NCBI GenBank assembly: GCA_964016885.1
Contig: OZ024742.1
Location: forward strand, 23,932,001 to 23,996,000
Length of the DNA stretch: 64,000 bases
Source: Eledone cirrhosa
Lineage: Eukaryota
Direction of reading: 5' to 3'
In this document: positions 13,007 through 26,989 of the stretch, in pieces
How the letters are laid out: each line of letters opens with the position of its first letter
How positions within the stretch are numbered: position 1 is the stretch's first letter
Notes under the pieces: generated by a model
Database searches by the model: none
Told to the model about the DNA's origin: nothing
What the model saw: only the letters and a program-made list of their open reading frames with translations
Position numbers and translations under genes: made by a program

Positions 13007-13038
13007 ACGTGAAGAAGGGCTTATGCCCGAAACGTCGT
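13007..13038 (+). ncRNA. Minimal PLE-type hammerhead with G3 core
   Basis: ac-GTGAAGA-agggc ttat gccc-GAAA-cg-TC-gt; AATAAA at 13075; then (TA)n. Confidence 0.6.
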
Positions 13039-13307
13039 TCCCCACTACCACCCCACTCTCAAGAGCGTGAAATTAATAAACATTCGTTGTACTGCCTCTC
13101 TGTTTTGTTCCTGTTCAAATTTTCCATTATATATATATATAGGAAAATGTATGACGCCGACGGCAGAGCTCAAGCCATTTGGACGGCTACTTCTGGACTA
13201 AAATAGCCGTCGGGGTCATACATGTTTCTATTACACACTCTACTACCCTAAGTATCGAGTAATCTGGTGCGTTATGATCCATATGGTTCCTTACCACAAT
13301 TCCTTTG

Positions 13308-13338
<31 letters not shown>

Positions 13339-13341
<3 letters not shown>

Positions 13342-13931
13342 CGTTTCTGAATTTGTTTAGCAAGATTCTTTATCTGAAATCGTGTGTTGAAACCGATATT
13401 GTTATACTTTGGGAGGGTCTTGTTGCCAATAAGAAACACACGCACCAGTAGATTCCACTTCAATTTATTATATATTTATAAATTTACAAATTTATTTATA
13501 AATTTCTGGTTGGTTGGTTGGTTGGTTCCACAACCAGATAGTTGTTTATATATAGTCATAGTTCTTTCGTCACACACTCTGTGACCTCTTCAGTGACTGG
13601 GGATTTCTTTCTTTGTTTCTGTGCCTCTCCTTTGTTCTGTCCTACGCCATTTTCTTTCTGTGTGTCCAGTCACACAGAAACAAAATGGCGTAGGACAGAA
13701 CAAAGGAGAGGCACAGAAACAAAGAAAGAAATCCCCAGTCACTGAAGAGGTCACAGAGTGTGTGACGAAAGAACTATGACTATATATAAACAACTATCTG
13801 GTTGTGGAACCAACCAACCAACCAACCAGAAATTTATAAATAAATTTGTAAATTTATAAATATATAATAAATTGAAGTGGAATCTACTGGTGCGTGTGTT
13901 TCTTATTGGCAACATGACCCTCCCAAAGTAT

Positions 13932-13938
<7 letters not shown>
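13339..13938. repeat. Near-perfect palindrome with ~270-bp arms (centre ~13667) and an HHR in each arm
   Basis: Mirror ORFs 13542+/13590- are nearly identical; flanked by (TA)n. Confidence 0.9.
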
Positions 13939-13978
<40 letters not shown>

Positions 13979-14060
13979 GCTAAGTTATTCCGAATTGGAG
14001 GTAACCACAGTAAGTAAGGTACTCAATACATAGGAGAGTATAAAAGTGTTAATATAGATG

Positions 14061-14111
14061 AGATTCTACAAGACTAGAACTGTTTAATTCTTTAGAAATC
14101 ATCAGAAATCT
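14061..14111 (-). ncRNA. Degenerate hammerhead (G12 lost)
   Basis: agattt-CTGATGA-tttct aa agaat-tAAA-cag...tg-TA-gaatct. Confidence 0.5.
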
Positions 14112-14573
14112 GGCTTTCCAAAATAAATGTTGTGGTATTTATCTATTTTCAGGTGGTAGGAGAGGGTGGGGAGTGGGATGGGTGGAGGTCATTGGTTGAA
14201 AGAAAAGGTAATACATTAAAAGCTAATTCTTTTAAGCTATAATTTATATTTAGAGTGACAAAGGCAGAAAGAATTCTATAAACAAGTTCAGGATGGTGTG
14301 CCACTTCTTATTTTTAAGTTTCTCTTAAGCTAATATTTCAGGTGTCTATAAGATGGTTGGGGGTCGGTCATGGTTGATGGATTTAAAGAAATGGGAAATT
14401 CTTTAAAAGCTAATTCTTTAAAGCTCTAATTAGAGTGACAAAGGCCAAGAGAATTCTATAAACCAGTTCAAAATATTGGGTGCCAATCATATCATTATTG
14501 TCATGTTTCTCGTAAGCTATATACCAGGTGTCAACAGACACATTCACACACAGACACACACACACACACACAC

Positions 14574-14632
<59 letters not shown>

Positions 14633-14653
14633 CATATATATACAAATATATAG

Positions 14654-14720
<67 letters not shown>

Positions 14721-14810
14721 CATATATATATACATATAAATATACACATATACAAAATGCATAAATACACATACAGAAATATATATAATATATATATATA
14801 CATACACACG

Positions 14811-14888
<78 letters not shown>

Positions 14889-14904
14889 TACACATATATA
14901 TATA

Positions 14905-14936
<32 letters not shown>

Positions 14937-15009
14937 ATACATACATATACATATACATATATATATACATACATATACATATATATATATATATACATAT
15001 ACATATAAG

Positions 15010-15069
<60 letters not shown>

Positions 15070-15080
15070 CATACATACAC

Positions 15081-15114
<34 letters not shown>

Positions 15115-15426
15115 ATGTTTGTGTGTATGTGTGTATATATATATATATATATGCGTATGTGTGTATATATATGTGTATATATATATATGTATAGAGTTGA
15201 GAAATAGCCGTCGAAACGGCTTGAGCCCTGCCGTTGGGGTCATACTTTTTCTTATATATATATATAATGTATAATAAACAATACAATATAATTACCTCAT
15301 TACCAAAGGTTTCCCGAATAAGACGAATACGAGAAACGTGCTCATTCGTTCGTCAGACAAGGCAATTTAAAACATAGTGAAATATTTGAAAAATCTCCTC
15401 AAGAAAGGCAAAAGTTTAACGGGCAA

Positions 15427-15458
<32 letters not shown>

Positions 15459-16009
15459 AAGTAATGCAAGAGATATATACAAATAAAATAAGGAAATATA
15501 GTAAGGGTATGTGTATAAATGTGTGTATATGCACCTACAAATGTACATATGTGTATATGTTCAAATACATGTGTATAGTGAAAAAATGTGTGCGTAAGTA
15601 CATACATTAGGGCAAGCATATCAGTGTATGTGTGACCACAAATACGTATATAATATATGTTGAAAAAAAGAAATTGTAAGATAATAGAGTTAGCGTACAC
15701 ACAGACTCAGGTACTCAGGATTGAAATATATACACATACAAGTACGAAAGCACGCGTATAAACACACACGCGCAACCACATACATACATGTGATATATAC
15801 AGGGAAAGGCGTGTATCAGTCAAAGAAGTGTCAGGCTGAAGGTCGATGCATATATAAAAATATAAAATATGAAATGAAAAAATGAAAAAAATATATGAGA
15901 ATAAAAAAATTAAATCCAAGAGAATGTAAGAGGGAGGGGTTATCAATTATAAAGTAACACTAGAAAAAATAGGAAACATACCCAACAATACTAACTCCTT
16001 TAAACATAA

Positions 16010-16699
16010 TAGGAAAAGAAAAATAATCTGGTTCACACCCCTACTCTTTAGCAGTTAAATCTAATGTAGGCAAAAATTTACCAGAGCTCTTAGATAAACA
16101 TTTCCTTAGAACACATAGATACTATAAGATCTTCAATAGAAACTGTGTCAAAATCAGCTACTCTTGCGGTCTCCCTATTATATCTTATATCCTAATAAGA
16201 AAATACCCAGAGAAGATCAAAATTGCTCCTGTAGAGTCAAAAGTGAATGCCACTACAAGGTAAATGCAACACCAAAACCATTGTATACGCGGCTAAAGTG
16301 ACAACCACCAGCAACAACCTACCAGCCACCAGCGAACGGTATGTGGGCATGACACAAGACAAATTCAAAACGCGTTATTACTCATATGTCGCATCTTTCC
16401 GACATCCTGAAAAAAGATTTACAACAGCTCTGGCTAGCAGAATATGGGATTTGAAAGACCAAGGTATCCATTATGAATTAGATTAGTCAATTTTGAACCA
16501 ATCTAAAGAATATGCAAGAGGAACAAGAAGATGCGCACTCTGCATAAGTGAAAAATATTGGATTTTACAAAACATTAAATCACCAAAAACCTGCCTAAAT
16601 GCAAAAACAGAAATTTTCACCAGTTGCCCACACATGAAATTACACTTGGTTTCCAGCTCATATAAACTTAACTCACTTTCAGATACTTATCCTCAATAA
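16010..16699 (+). pseudogene. PLE linker and GIY-YIG endonuclease remnant (frameshifts and stops)
   Basis: IIWFTP...KIFNRNCVKISYSC...NCSCRVKSEC.LQGKC...IVYAAKV...YVGMT...KTRY...CALCISEK...LNAKTEIFTSCPH. Confidence 0.85.
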
Positions 16700-17910
16700 A
16701 CTCTTGTTCTTCACTTTCCTTAACTTACGTTCTTTACAGACTTCTCTTTCTGATTTACTTTTAATTTTAACTTTATTTTTACTTCACATCCACCATTGAA
16801 GCCCCCCCCCCTGCTTTTTTATTTACTTTATATCTTCACAATTTTAAATATTTTACTTCCCCCTTTTCTTTCACTACCTGATATGACATGTCACTTGCGT
16901 TTTCAACACCAGATATATTCTATTTTCCCTCAGCCGCTTTTATGTATGATTACTTGCGTAAAATTTGTACTCATTTATTCATACGGCTGGTTTTTATATT
17001 GTATGTATGCGTGTAAGTGTGCATATGTGTGTATACGTGTTTGTATATGTATATGAATGCATTCGTATGTGCGCGTGTATTTGTATTTGTATTTGTATAT
17101 GTGTGTGTGTATGTGTGTTATTATATGTATGTTTTTTACACACTTATATATATGTGTGTGTGTATATGTATATATATATATATGTGTGTGTGCTTCGTGT
17201 GTATGTATGCGCGCTTTTGTATGTATGTACGCATGTATGTGCTTTTGTCTGTACGTATTTATATATATATTTATATATATATGTGTGTGTACGAACCTCT
17301 GAATGTTTTCTATTTTTTCTAGTGTTACTTCATAATTGATAACCCCTCCCACTTACTTTCTCTTGGATTTAAATTTTTTTATTCTCATATATTTATTCAT
17401 TTTTTCATTTCATATTTTATATTTTTATATATGTATTGACCTTCAGCCTGACACTGTTTTGACTGATACACTCCCTTCCCTGTATATATCACATACATGT
17501 ATGTGGTTGGGCGTATGTGTGTGTTTATACGCGTGCTTTCATACTTGTATGTGTATATATTTTAATCCTTACTCCCTTAGTCTGTATGTACGCTAACTCT
17601 ATTATCTTACAATTTCTTTTTTCAACATATATTATATACGTATTTGTGGTCACACATACACTGATATGCTTGCCGTAATGTATGTACTTACGCACACATT
17701 TTTTCACTATACACATGTATTTGTACATACACACATATGTACATTTATAGGTGCGTATACACACATTTATACACATACCCTTACTATATTTTCTTATTTT
17801 ATTTGTATATATCTCTTGCATTACTTTTATTTATATATATATATATTTTTTTTTTTTTGGCCCGTTAAACTTTTGCCTTTCTTGAGGATACTTTTCACTA
17901 TGTTTTAAAT

Positions 17911-17982
17911 TGCCTTGTCTGACGAACGAATGAGGACGTTTCTCGTATTCGTCTTATTGGGGAAACCTTTGGTAATGAGGTA
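17911..17982 (+). ncRNA. Type I hammerhead in the PLE 3' repeat (inverted copy 15293-15364)
   Basis: tgccttgt-CTGACGA-acgaat...-GAAA-cc ttt gg-TA-atgaggta. Confidence 0.8.
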
Positions 17983-18076
17983 ATTATATTGTATTGTTTA
18001 TTATACATTAGATTTAGCTCTGTAACTTACATAGAGCACTCTTTACTCGTATGATTTTTTCAATTTTCAACGAAAC

Positions 18077-18186
<110 letters not shown>

Positions 18187-18506
18187 TATATATACACATA
18201 TATATATATATTAGAGAGAGAAATCACAAGAATCAAAGCTATTTTCTAGGCATTTATTCACTTACAATTGTTTCATCCAAACCTAGGCTAAGAGTCTTCG
18301 GAGAATTTTTTAATGTTTGTACATATATATTATACTATACTAATTTGTATAGCAATTCAAATTTAAAATCAAAATTAAAATAGATTGCTATACAAATATA
18401 GTATAATATAATATATGTCACTCCACTGTACATCAATATATATATATGTATCTGCATGTCTCTTGCGTTGGATATGAGGTCAATTATATGTACAGACATT
18501 AAAAAA

Positions 18507-18553
18507 TGCTCCGAAGACTCAAAGCCTAGGTTTGGATGAAACAATTGTAAGTG
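18507..18553 (+). ncRNA. Hammerhead with U4C core (copies 18259-18304 minus, 24784-24830 plus)
   Basis: tgct-CCGAAGA-ctc(c)aagc ctag gtttggat-GAAA-caattg-TA-agtg, then aataaa. Confidence 0.7.
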
Positions 18554-18722
18554 AATAAATGCTTTGAACATAGCTTTGATTCTTGTGAATTCTATATAAC
18601 TGCACTATAGAACAACTGATGTTCTTACATTGAGCTATTTATCTTACTGGTAATAAGGTAGTAATAAATTACTGGCCTTCCCTGTTTATAGATTAAAATA
18701 TACATAACTATAAATAGTATCC

Positions 18723-18762
<40 letters not shown>

Positions 18763-18881
18763 TAGTAATAATAATAAATTTGAAGACTAAAATATGTCTA
18801 CGACTTCTTTATTGATTCCATAAACGCGGTTTTGTCTGCGTGTAATTGATTTTCACCGCTCCAAATAATGACATATTATAT

Positions 18882-19005
18882 TACGATCTGAGTTCAAATC
18901 CCGCCGAGGTTGACTTTGCCTTTCATCCTTACGGGGCCGATAAATTAAAGTACCGGTAATGCACTGGGTAATTGGTGGCCTTGTGCCTAAAGTAGAAACA
19001 ATTAT
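18882..19005 (+). mobile_element. 5'-truncated tRNA-derived SINE inserted in an HHR-family element (18820-19168)
   Basis: B box gagttcaaatcc; attatatt duplicated on both sides; the empty site is visible near 41177. Confidence 0.8.
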
Positions 19006-19287
19006 ATTCGTTTTTTCCCATTCTTTGCCAGGAAACGTTTCCACGAACCAAAGTATCGTCTTCCTGTCTTACTCCGGTTGCAACGTTTTTTGAAATATTC
19101 ACTTCTGCCTTTACAGATTGACTTTGTTAGTTTCATAAGATCCCGTTAAGGGTGAAAGCAGCGATTCTTATATATATTTTATATATTCTATATATATTTT
19201 AATACATATATATATATATACACGCACATACACATATATATACATATACACAGACATACACATATATACATATATATATATACATAT

Positions 19288-19329
<42 letters not shown>

Positions 19330-19938
19330 GTATATATATATATATACATACACACATACATACACATACACATATATATGTATATATACACACACATACA
19401 TATATATTTATGTGTTTTAACTATCCCAACAAGTATTAATCTGAGTTTGATCATTTATGCATAAACATACTTCATACTATTTTAGAGCGTATCATATGCT
19501 ATATTATACTAAGTGCAATTTACTACACCGTACTATATTGTGTTTGTTAAGTTGTATATTATCCATTACTGCATTTCATTATCTTATTATAATTTTCATC
19601 TTTTAATATACTTTCTTTCCTAGCCATAACTTTAATTTATATTCATCTTAAAACTCAATACAACACTAATCACCATTTATTTTGACATTCCTTTTAAATT
19701 CACTATACCAGATACATTCAACTATCAGTTTGAGAATCCCTTTCCTCCTAATAGATTTTTGTGCCAAGTCTACTATCAACACCCTTCAACCATTCATTTC
19801 AAAGGGTCATGACCTCAACTAAAGTGTATTACTTTTCATCTTAACACCATATGAAAAAAAAATTTGATTCGTTAGTTCTTCAACAACCTCCAAATAAGGA
19901 CATGATACTAACATACTACTAATTCTGAATAAAATTAT

Positions 19939-20080
19939 TATTGCTTTTGAAAACAGCTGGTGATATGCATGTAAGTAAATATTCTCTTTATCTGATAGTT
20001 TGTAACTAACCTTACATAGAGCAATAACTGAGTATAGCTACAATGTATTATCACCATATAGAAACGATCGTAAAGCAGTG
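19939..20080 (+). ncRNA. Hammerhead with U3-A8 core and long stem II
   Basis: tattgctt-TTGAAAA-cagc tggtgatatgcat...atgtattatcacca tata-GAAA-cgatcg-TA-aagcagtg. Confidence 0.75.
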
Positions 20081-20256
20081 AAGTATATCTCTAATGACTT
20101 GATTTTTTATTTCATTGTTTTAACTTATATCATGACTCTGTTTTCCTTTTAATGTTTTATTGTTTGCCGAGATTTATCTTAACCTTCAACATTTTCAACA
20201 TATGGATTACATCGAGTTCTTCATGCAGAATAGACCCCACAACTTACTGTAGATAC

Positions 20257-20313
<57 letters not shown>

Positions 20314-20683
20314 CATACATACACACACACATACATACACACATACACATACAAATATAAATACATATACATACACACATACATACATGTGTACATATAT
20401 ATACATATATATACACATATACACATATACATATATGCATACATACACAAATATATACATATATAACTATATATATATATCTATATATATATATGTGTAT
20501 ATATATCTATATATCTATATACCTATATATATATATATACATGTATATATATATTTACATATATATATATATATATGTACATATACAAACACACATATAT
20601 ATATATATATACATACACACACACATACATACATACATACAAATATACATACATATACATACACACATACATACATGTGTACA

Positions 20684-20715
<32 letters not shown>

Positions 20716-20935
20716 CATACGCACATACATATATACATATGCATACATACACAAATATATACATCTATATTCTGAGTCCAGAATTAGCCGTCGAAACGGC
20801 TTGAGCTCTGTCGTCGGGATCCTACTTGTTCCTATATATATACATATATATATAGAAAGAGAGAGAGAGATACATATAAATATGTATGATGTATGTATAT
20901 ATATATATATGTATGTATATATATATATATATGTA

Positions 20936-21031
<96 letters not shown>

Positions 21032-21205
21032 TGTTTGTATGTATATATGCAGATATAGAGAGACACACGTATACAGTAAAATAGCAATCATGATTAGAAT
21101 ATTGAGAGGTAATTTAAATAAAAAATATGTTGATATTATGAAAAGAGTTGATAGAAAAATAAATTTAATTTGATAATTGCTTTCTCTTGACTGATTGTTG
21201 TAACA

Positions 21206-21279
<74 letters not shown>

Positions 21280-21280
<1 letters not shown>

Positions 21281-22098
21281 TGTGTGTATCAGTACAAGAG
21301 AGCGTATGCTGGTGTCTGTATGAGAGTGTTTGTGAGCATGAATATGTGTGAGTGTCGCTGTGTGAGAGTGTACGTGAGCATTTGTGTGTGTGTGAGTATC
21401 AGTGTATGCGAGTGTGTGTGAGCATGTGTGTGTGGGTGTGTGTGTGTGAGAGACTGTGTATCAGTGTATGAGAGTGTGTGTGAGCATGTGTGTGTGTGAG
21501 CCTGTGTATCAGTGTATGAGAGTGTGTGTGAGCATGTGTGTGTGTGAGCCTGTGTATCTGTGTATGAGAGTGTGTGTGAGCATGTGTATCAGTGTATGAG
21601 AGTGTGTGTGAGCATGTGTGTGTGTGAGCCTGTGTATCAGCGTATGAGAGTGTGTGAGCATGTGTGTGTGTGAGCCTTTGTATCAGAGTATGAGAGTGTG
21701 TGTGAGCATGTGTGTGTGTGTGTGTGAGACTGTGTATCAGTGTATGAGAGTGTGTGTGAGCATGTGTGTGTGTGTGTGTGTGAGCCTGTGTATCAGTGTA
21801 TGAGAGTGTGTGTGAGCATGTGTGTGTGTGTGTGTGAGCCTGTGTATCAGTATATCAGAGTGTATGTGAGCATGTGTGTGTGTGAGCCTGTGTATCATTG
21901 TATGAGAGTGTGTGTGAGCATGTGTGTGTGTGAGCCTGTGTATCAGTGTATGAGAGTATGTGTGAGCATGTGTATGTGTGAGTTTGTGTGTATCAGTGTA
22001 TGAGAGTGTATGTGAGCATGTGTGTGCGTGTGAGTGTCGCTGTGGGAGAGTGTACGTGAGCATATGTGTGTGTGTGTATCAGTGTATGCGAGTGTGTG
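21280..22098. repeat. GT-rich minisatellite, ~45-55-bp unit
   Basis: tgtgtatcagtgtatgagagtgtgtgtgagcatgtgtgtgtgtgagcc repeated about 15 times. Confidence 0.9.
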
Positions 22099-22609
22099 TT
22101 GGTGGTGGTGGTAGTGGTGGTGGCAGTGGTGGTGGTGGTGGCTGTGGTGGTGGTGGTGGTGTTAGTGGTGATCCTTGTGTTGTTAATAGTGGTGGTGGTG
22201 ATGTTATAGATGTTAGCTGTGGTGGCAGTGGTACTAGTGTTGTTAGTATTGGAATATTTGTTTGGTTTTGTTGTTGCTATTGTTGGTGAGGTTCCCATTA
22301 TGCTATTGCTGTTAATGATGGCGATGGTGGGAGTTTTGCTTTTTCTATGTTTTCTTGTTGTTGTTCTTGGCGGTGATAGAAGAAGAAAGAGAGGATCAAC
22401 AACAACAATATTAACCAATATCTCAACAAAAACGATATATTTATATATATATATATATATCAACATAAAATGTACGCAATGCAGATGTTGGGTAGACAAG
22501 AGATGTAGTGGGATATCAGGCAAACTAACAGGTAGGGAAACTACGTATGCAGTAGAGGTACAGTGAAAGTTGGCAGTAGTAATCGCAGTGATTGACACAT
22601 TTTTCCAAT

Positions 22610-23250
22610 GCAGGTGGTCTTTATAGAAGAGGTTGATAGCTTCCGGTACCTAGGTGATTAAATTAGCATGGGAGGTGGTGTTCCGAGGCCATAGTATCTA
22701 GAATTAGGACGGGTTGGAAGACGTTTAGGGAGCTGCTTCATCTGTTGACAAAGAAGGGTTTCTACCTGCGTACGAAAGGACGGTTACATGATGCCTCTTT
22801 GAGATGCGCGATGCTGCATGGTAGTGAGACATGGGCAGCAACTGCAGAGGATATGCGACGGCTGGAGAGAAATGAAGCAAGCATGCTCCGTTGGATGTGC
22901 AATGTCAATGTGCGTGAACGACCAAGTATAGACGAGTTGAGAAAGAAACTGGGTATAAGAGGGATAAGTTGTGGTGTGCAGGTGAGAACACATGTGATGC
23001 GCATGGAGTATGCCCGCTGGGTTAAGAAGTGCCAAGAAATCCCAGTAGAAGGAATACGCAGTAGAGGTAGACGACGAAAAACATGGGTGGAGGTGGTGAG
23101 AGCAGACCTCAGATCGCTGAAACTCACGGTGGAGATGACGAAGGACTGTGACAAGTGTAGAGATGCTGTGTTGAATAGGACCCAATCCACCCTTGCAAGC
23201 AGGTAAAAGCGGACGTAAAATGATGAGGATGATGATGATGATGATGATGA
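22610..23250 (+). mobile_element. RTE-clade LINE 3' end with (GAT)n tail
   Basis: EEVDSFRYLG...KGRLHDA...AMLHGSETWA...LERNEASMLRWMC...RGRRRKTW. Confidence 0.9.
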
Positions 23251-24270
23251 TCAACAGTCCATTGGCTTTCGTCAAATCGGACCGAGGAAACAATGTTTTC
23301 ATTGGTCTTTCCAATTGCTAATATTATCTATCGGTCCCAAATCCAGGTAGAAGGAGCAATGTGAAATAAAGTCTCTTGCCCAAAGACATAACACATCGCT
23401 TAGTCCGGGAATGAAACTCACAATCTCACGAATGCGAATTCAATTCTCTAAAGAAGAAAAAAAAAATGATTTTACATAGAAGCATTGAACTTCTATTATA
23501 CTGTGACATATTGGTTCCAACTTTATTTATTTCACCACTTACCTGGGCACTGTCACCCATAATGCAGAGGAGGTAAAGGTAACCACTTCCTTTTTCTGTC
23601 TGTGTTCTCAATGGTGAACAACTACTACCTTTTCCTACCAGACACCGCCAAGATTTCTATTGTTTTTGGTCTGTAAGTTGCTGTTTTCCACCACAAAATG
23701 AAATGAAGTTTATCTCACTTAAGGAAGGAACCCCATTAGGTAGAATAGATGACTTTGCAGATGTTGTTTATTCTCTGCAGCAATACATTTACCATCTTGT
23801 TTGCAGAGTGCAGTAGAGATACACCACACAGCTCACTCCTTCCCTTTTCGTTCCCGTCTTTCCTTTATGTAATCTTAACATTTTTCCTTTTTTTTTCTCT
23901 CTTCCCATTTACTATCTTAATTCTTTACTTTTAATACTTTCATCACTGTCTACATCTGTTCAACAATAAATTCGCTTTTTATTCATTTGGCAATGAATAA
24001 GACGATTGTAGATTGAATAGATAGAGGTATTATAATTTAGCATGGAATAGAAAGATGTTAAAGATTGTACACATTCATTAGTTGTAGATCTCAATAATGT
24101 CAATGTTAAATAATGTTAAAGTCTCTAAAGAACTTGTAGGTTTCTTGAAGATCCTGTCAATGATAATATTGATTGCTTAAATATACTCACAATAATTATA
24201 TCCTAATTAAGATTATCAAAATATGCATCACTGCTGTTGCTACAGCATTATATATATATATATGTATATA

Positions 24271-24634
24271 TATTAGTAAAAAGGAAAAGAAAATGCTGAC
24301 AAATGTTTCCCAGTGAAAATTAGTTTAATTAGGAATAAGTATAAATTAGTAATAAGTATTAGCTAGTATTCAGTTTTAGTTTTAAGTTTTTACCGGTTGC
24401 GCATTTCTTATGCTTTTCAAAAATAATTTTGAGATAGAGTGCGATTAGAGCGAAAATCACGAGCACTCTATCTCAAAATTATTTTTGAAAAGCATAGGAA
24501 ATGCGCAACCGGTAAAAACTTAAAACTAAAACTGAATACTAACTAATACTTATTACTAATTTATACTTATTCCTAATTAAACTATTTTTCACTGGGAAAA
24601 ATTTGTCAGCATTTTCTTTTCCTTTTTACTAATA
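24271..24634. repeat. Palindrome with ~170-bp arms, each with a U3-A8 hammerhead-like motif (24388-24423 minus, 24482-24517 plus)
   Basis: ttt-TTGAAAA-gcat aggaa atgc-GCAA-ccgg-TA-aaa. Confidence 0.8.
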
Positions 24635-24870
24635 CATCACAACACGCGTGTCAAACCTCTATTTTTTTTAAAATATATATATATCTCGTTAAGGATGAAA
24701 GCAGCGATTCTTTGTTTAAACTTAATAAATATATATATCTTGCGTTGGAAAGGAGGTCAATCATGCGTACAAACATTGAAAAATGCTTCGAAGACTCCAA
24801 GCCTAGGTTTGGATGAAACAATTGTAAGTGAATAAATGCTTTGAATATAGCTTTGATTCTTGTGAATTCT

Positions 24871-24934
<64 letters not shown>

Positions 24935-25150
24935 CATCATCATCATCATCATCCTTATCATCTTCGTTTAACGTCCATCTTCCACGCTAGCATGTGTTAG
25001 ATGAGAGTTGTCCCACTTGAGGCAAGGTTGGTCGAGTGAACGTGTCTCGCTCATGTAGGACTATCTGGCAGGTTTTCTATGGCTGGATGCCCTTCCTAAC
25101 ACCAACCTCATTTACAGTATGGACTGGGAACTTTTTACCGTATTACCTTC
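24935..25150 (-). mobile_element. RTE-tailed non-autonomous repeat (related pieces 8735-8870, 46740-47030)
   Basis: (CAT)n-gtttaacgtcc...ggctggatgcccttcctaac. Confidence 0.6.
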
Positions 25151-25249
25151 ACGGCCACATTACAGCGTGGACTGTGTGTTTTTTTTTTTTGTTCTGGGTC
25201 TACCTACTCAGGGTCTACCTACTCCGTAACTTCCATCAATTTTGATCGC

Positions 25250-25565
25250 CCTGTACTTTTGTTATACAGCTGTCGTCTTTCATGCGCATCACGTGACCAT
25301 ACCAACGTAGTCTTCTCTAAAGTAAACAGCATCTGATCCCTCTTATTCCTAATTTCTCACTTAGTTCATTTATGCTTTGCGGTTCATGTATGTTACTATT
25401 ACACATCCAACGGAGCATGCATGCTTCGTTCCTTTCCAGTCTGCGCAGGTCCTCTGCACGCAATGCCCACGTTTCACTGCCATGTAGCATTGCTGTTCGT
25501 ATACAGGCATCAAACAATCTGCCTTTCACTTTTAAAAAGAGATAAACCTTTTGTGGCCAACAGCG
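25250..25565 (-). mobile_element. RTE LINE RT-thumb fragment
   Basis: KVKGRLFDACIRTAMLHGSETWAL...LRWMC. Confidence 0.85.
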
Positions 25566-26259
25566 ATATATATATATATATGTATATGATGGCTGCAAAC
25601 TCTGCTAAGAGTATTGCAATCACTTGTCAGATTATAGAGTTTGGTGCACTTTTAGGCTAAGCTCAAGCACACTACATTGTAACATACACTAAAAAGGCAA
25701 TGCCTGTGCATTGAAGGTTTGTTTAGGTGGGGAAAGGCCTTGTACTCCACCATTCCTACTTTCTGAGCATCGAAACACTACCCAAAAAGGAGCTATGATC
25801 AACATCATATGATGCCTTGGAAGCCGCAGGGTTTTTTTTCAGTATTCCTCTCTCCTAGAAAGATATTGAGACAACAACTGAGGGCCTATCACTCCCAGAT
25901 AGAAAAAGAAAAACAAAAGAAAACGAATATACGGATGGCTGTTGGCTCTGCTAAGTTCCATCGACCTTTCCCGGGTCTTGTATTTCATCCTACAGGATGT
26001 CCAAGTATCACTCTCCTCGCCAAGCTAGCTTGGTAGAGTTGCAAGTTTAGTTGCCGACGACCGGACCATGAGACAGGTTGTACTGGGTTACATGTTACCA
26101 GTAGCACTAAAGAGTGATCTGACATATATATATATATATGTATATTCATTAGTTAAGCAAAACAAGACCACAAATTTCACAAGGAATCATTATTAAAAGA
26201 TTGTCAACATATTTTAGTTTGATGTAAGGAATGTAGAGAATAATAATAATAATATTAAT

Positions 26260-26452
26260 AATAATTGTTTCTACTTTTGGCACAAGGCCATCAATTACCC
26301 AGTACATTACTGGTACTTTATTTTATCGACTCCGTAAGGATGAAAGGCAAAGTTAACCTCGGCGGAATTTGAACTCAGATCCTAAAGGGACGTAACTTTA
26401 TGCTTCAAAACATGGTCTCCGACTCTCTACCGATACTGCCAATCCACCGTCC
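26260..26452 (-). mobile_element. Full-length tRNA-derived SINE with ~16-bp TSD, inside the PLE repeat
   Basis: A box tggcagtatcgg, B box gagttcaaattc; aataatattaataata on both sides. Confidence 0.85.
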
Positions 26453-26477
26453 AATAATATTAATAATACTAATGTCC

Positions 26478-26596
26478 GTTTACAATTGTTTCGCTACCCC
26501 ATATAATATTTCTGGATCAAATGATTATAGATAATTATTGATCTGGTTCAGTTGAAAATAATTAACATAGGTAAAAATAGAGCAGCTCATCGGAAC
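26478..26596 (-). ncRNA. Hammerhead with U4C core and ~95-nt stem II region (inverted copy 29001-29119)
   Basis: gtt-CCGATGA-gctgctc...gggtagc-GAAA-caattg-TA-aac. Confidence 0.7.
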
Positions 26597-26989
26597 TTCA
26601 AAAGGAATATAAATTAAAATAAGGAAAGAATGTTACATAAATGTAACGTTCCATATATTGGTATTTCACTATGGTGTCCTGTGTATATCAATATTCTGCC
26701 ATAGTCGAGCAGTATTCTTCTGTCGAGGCTGCATTGTGTGAGATCTGCCTATGGGTAACAAGATGGCCGTCAATGGACATATTTACCTTACTAATTAGAG
26801 GGTGGTTTCAAGGGAAGTAACTCCTCGAGAGATTAGAAATTGTGGGTAATTTATAGTTAAGTGCTAATTTTTTAATGTTTTAATTGAGAAACAATGTAAG
26901 GGAGGTAACTTATAATTATCTAAGTTAGTTATAACTATTTAACTTATTAGCTACAAGTAAAAATGAGGCTAGATGACTATGTTGGGTCA

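Larger units (their letters stand above)
15265..18070 (+). mobile_element. 5'-truncated Penelope-like element: inverted terminal repeat (15265-15980), GIY-YIG remnant, 3' repeat (17300-18010)
   Basis: Arms are reverse complements; an EN pseudogene lies between them; HHR in both arms. Confidence 0.85.

Noticed and set aside
23542-23830. Possible minus-strand exon ending MGDSAQ|gtaag
   Set aside because: Good donor, but stops in all frames upstream and no recognisable protein.
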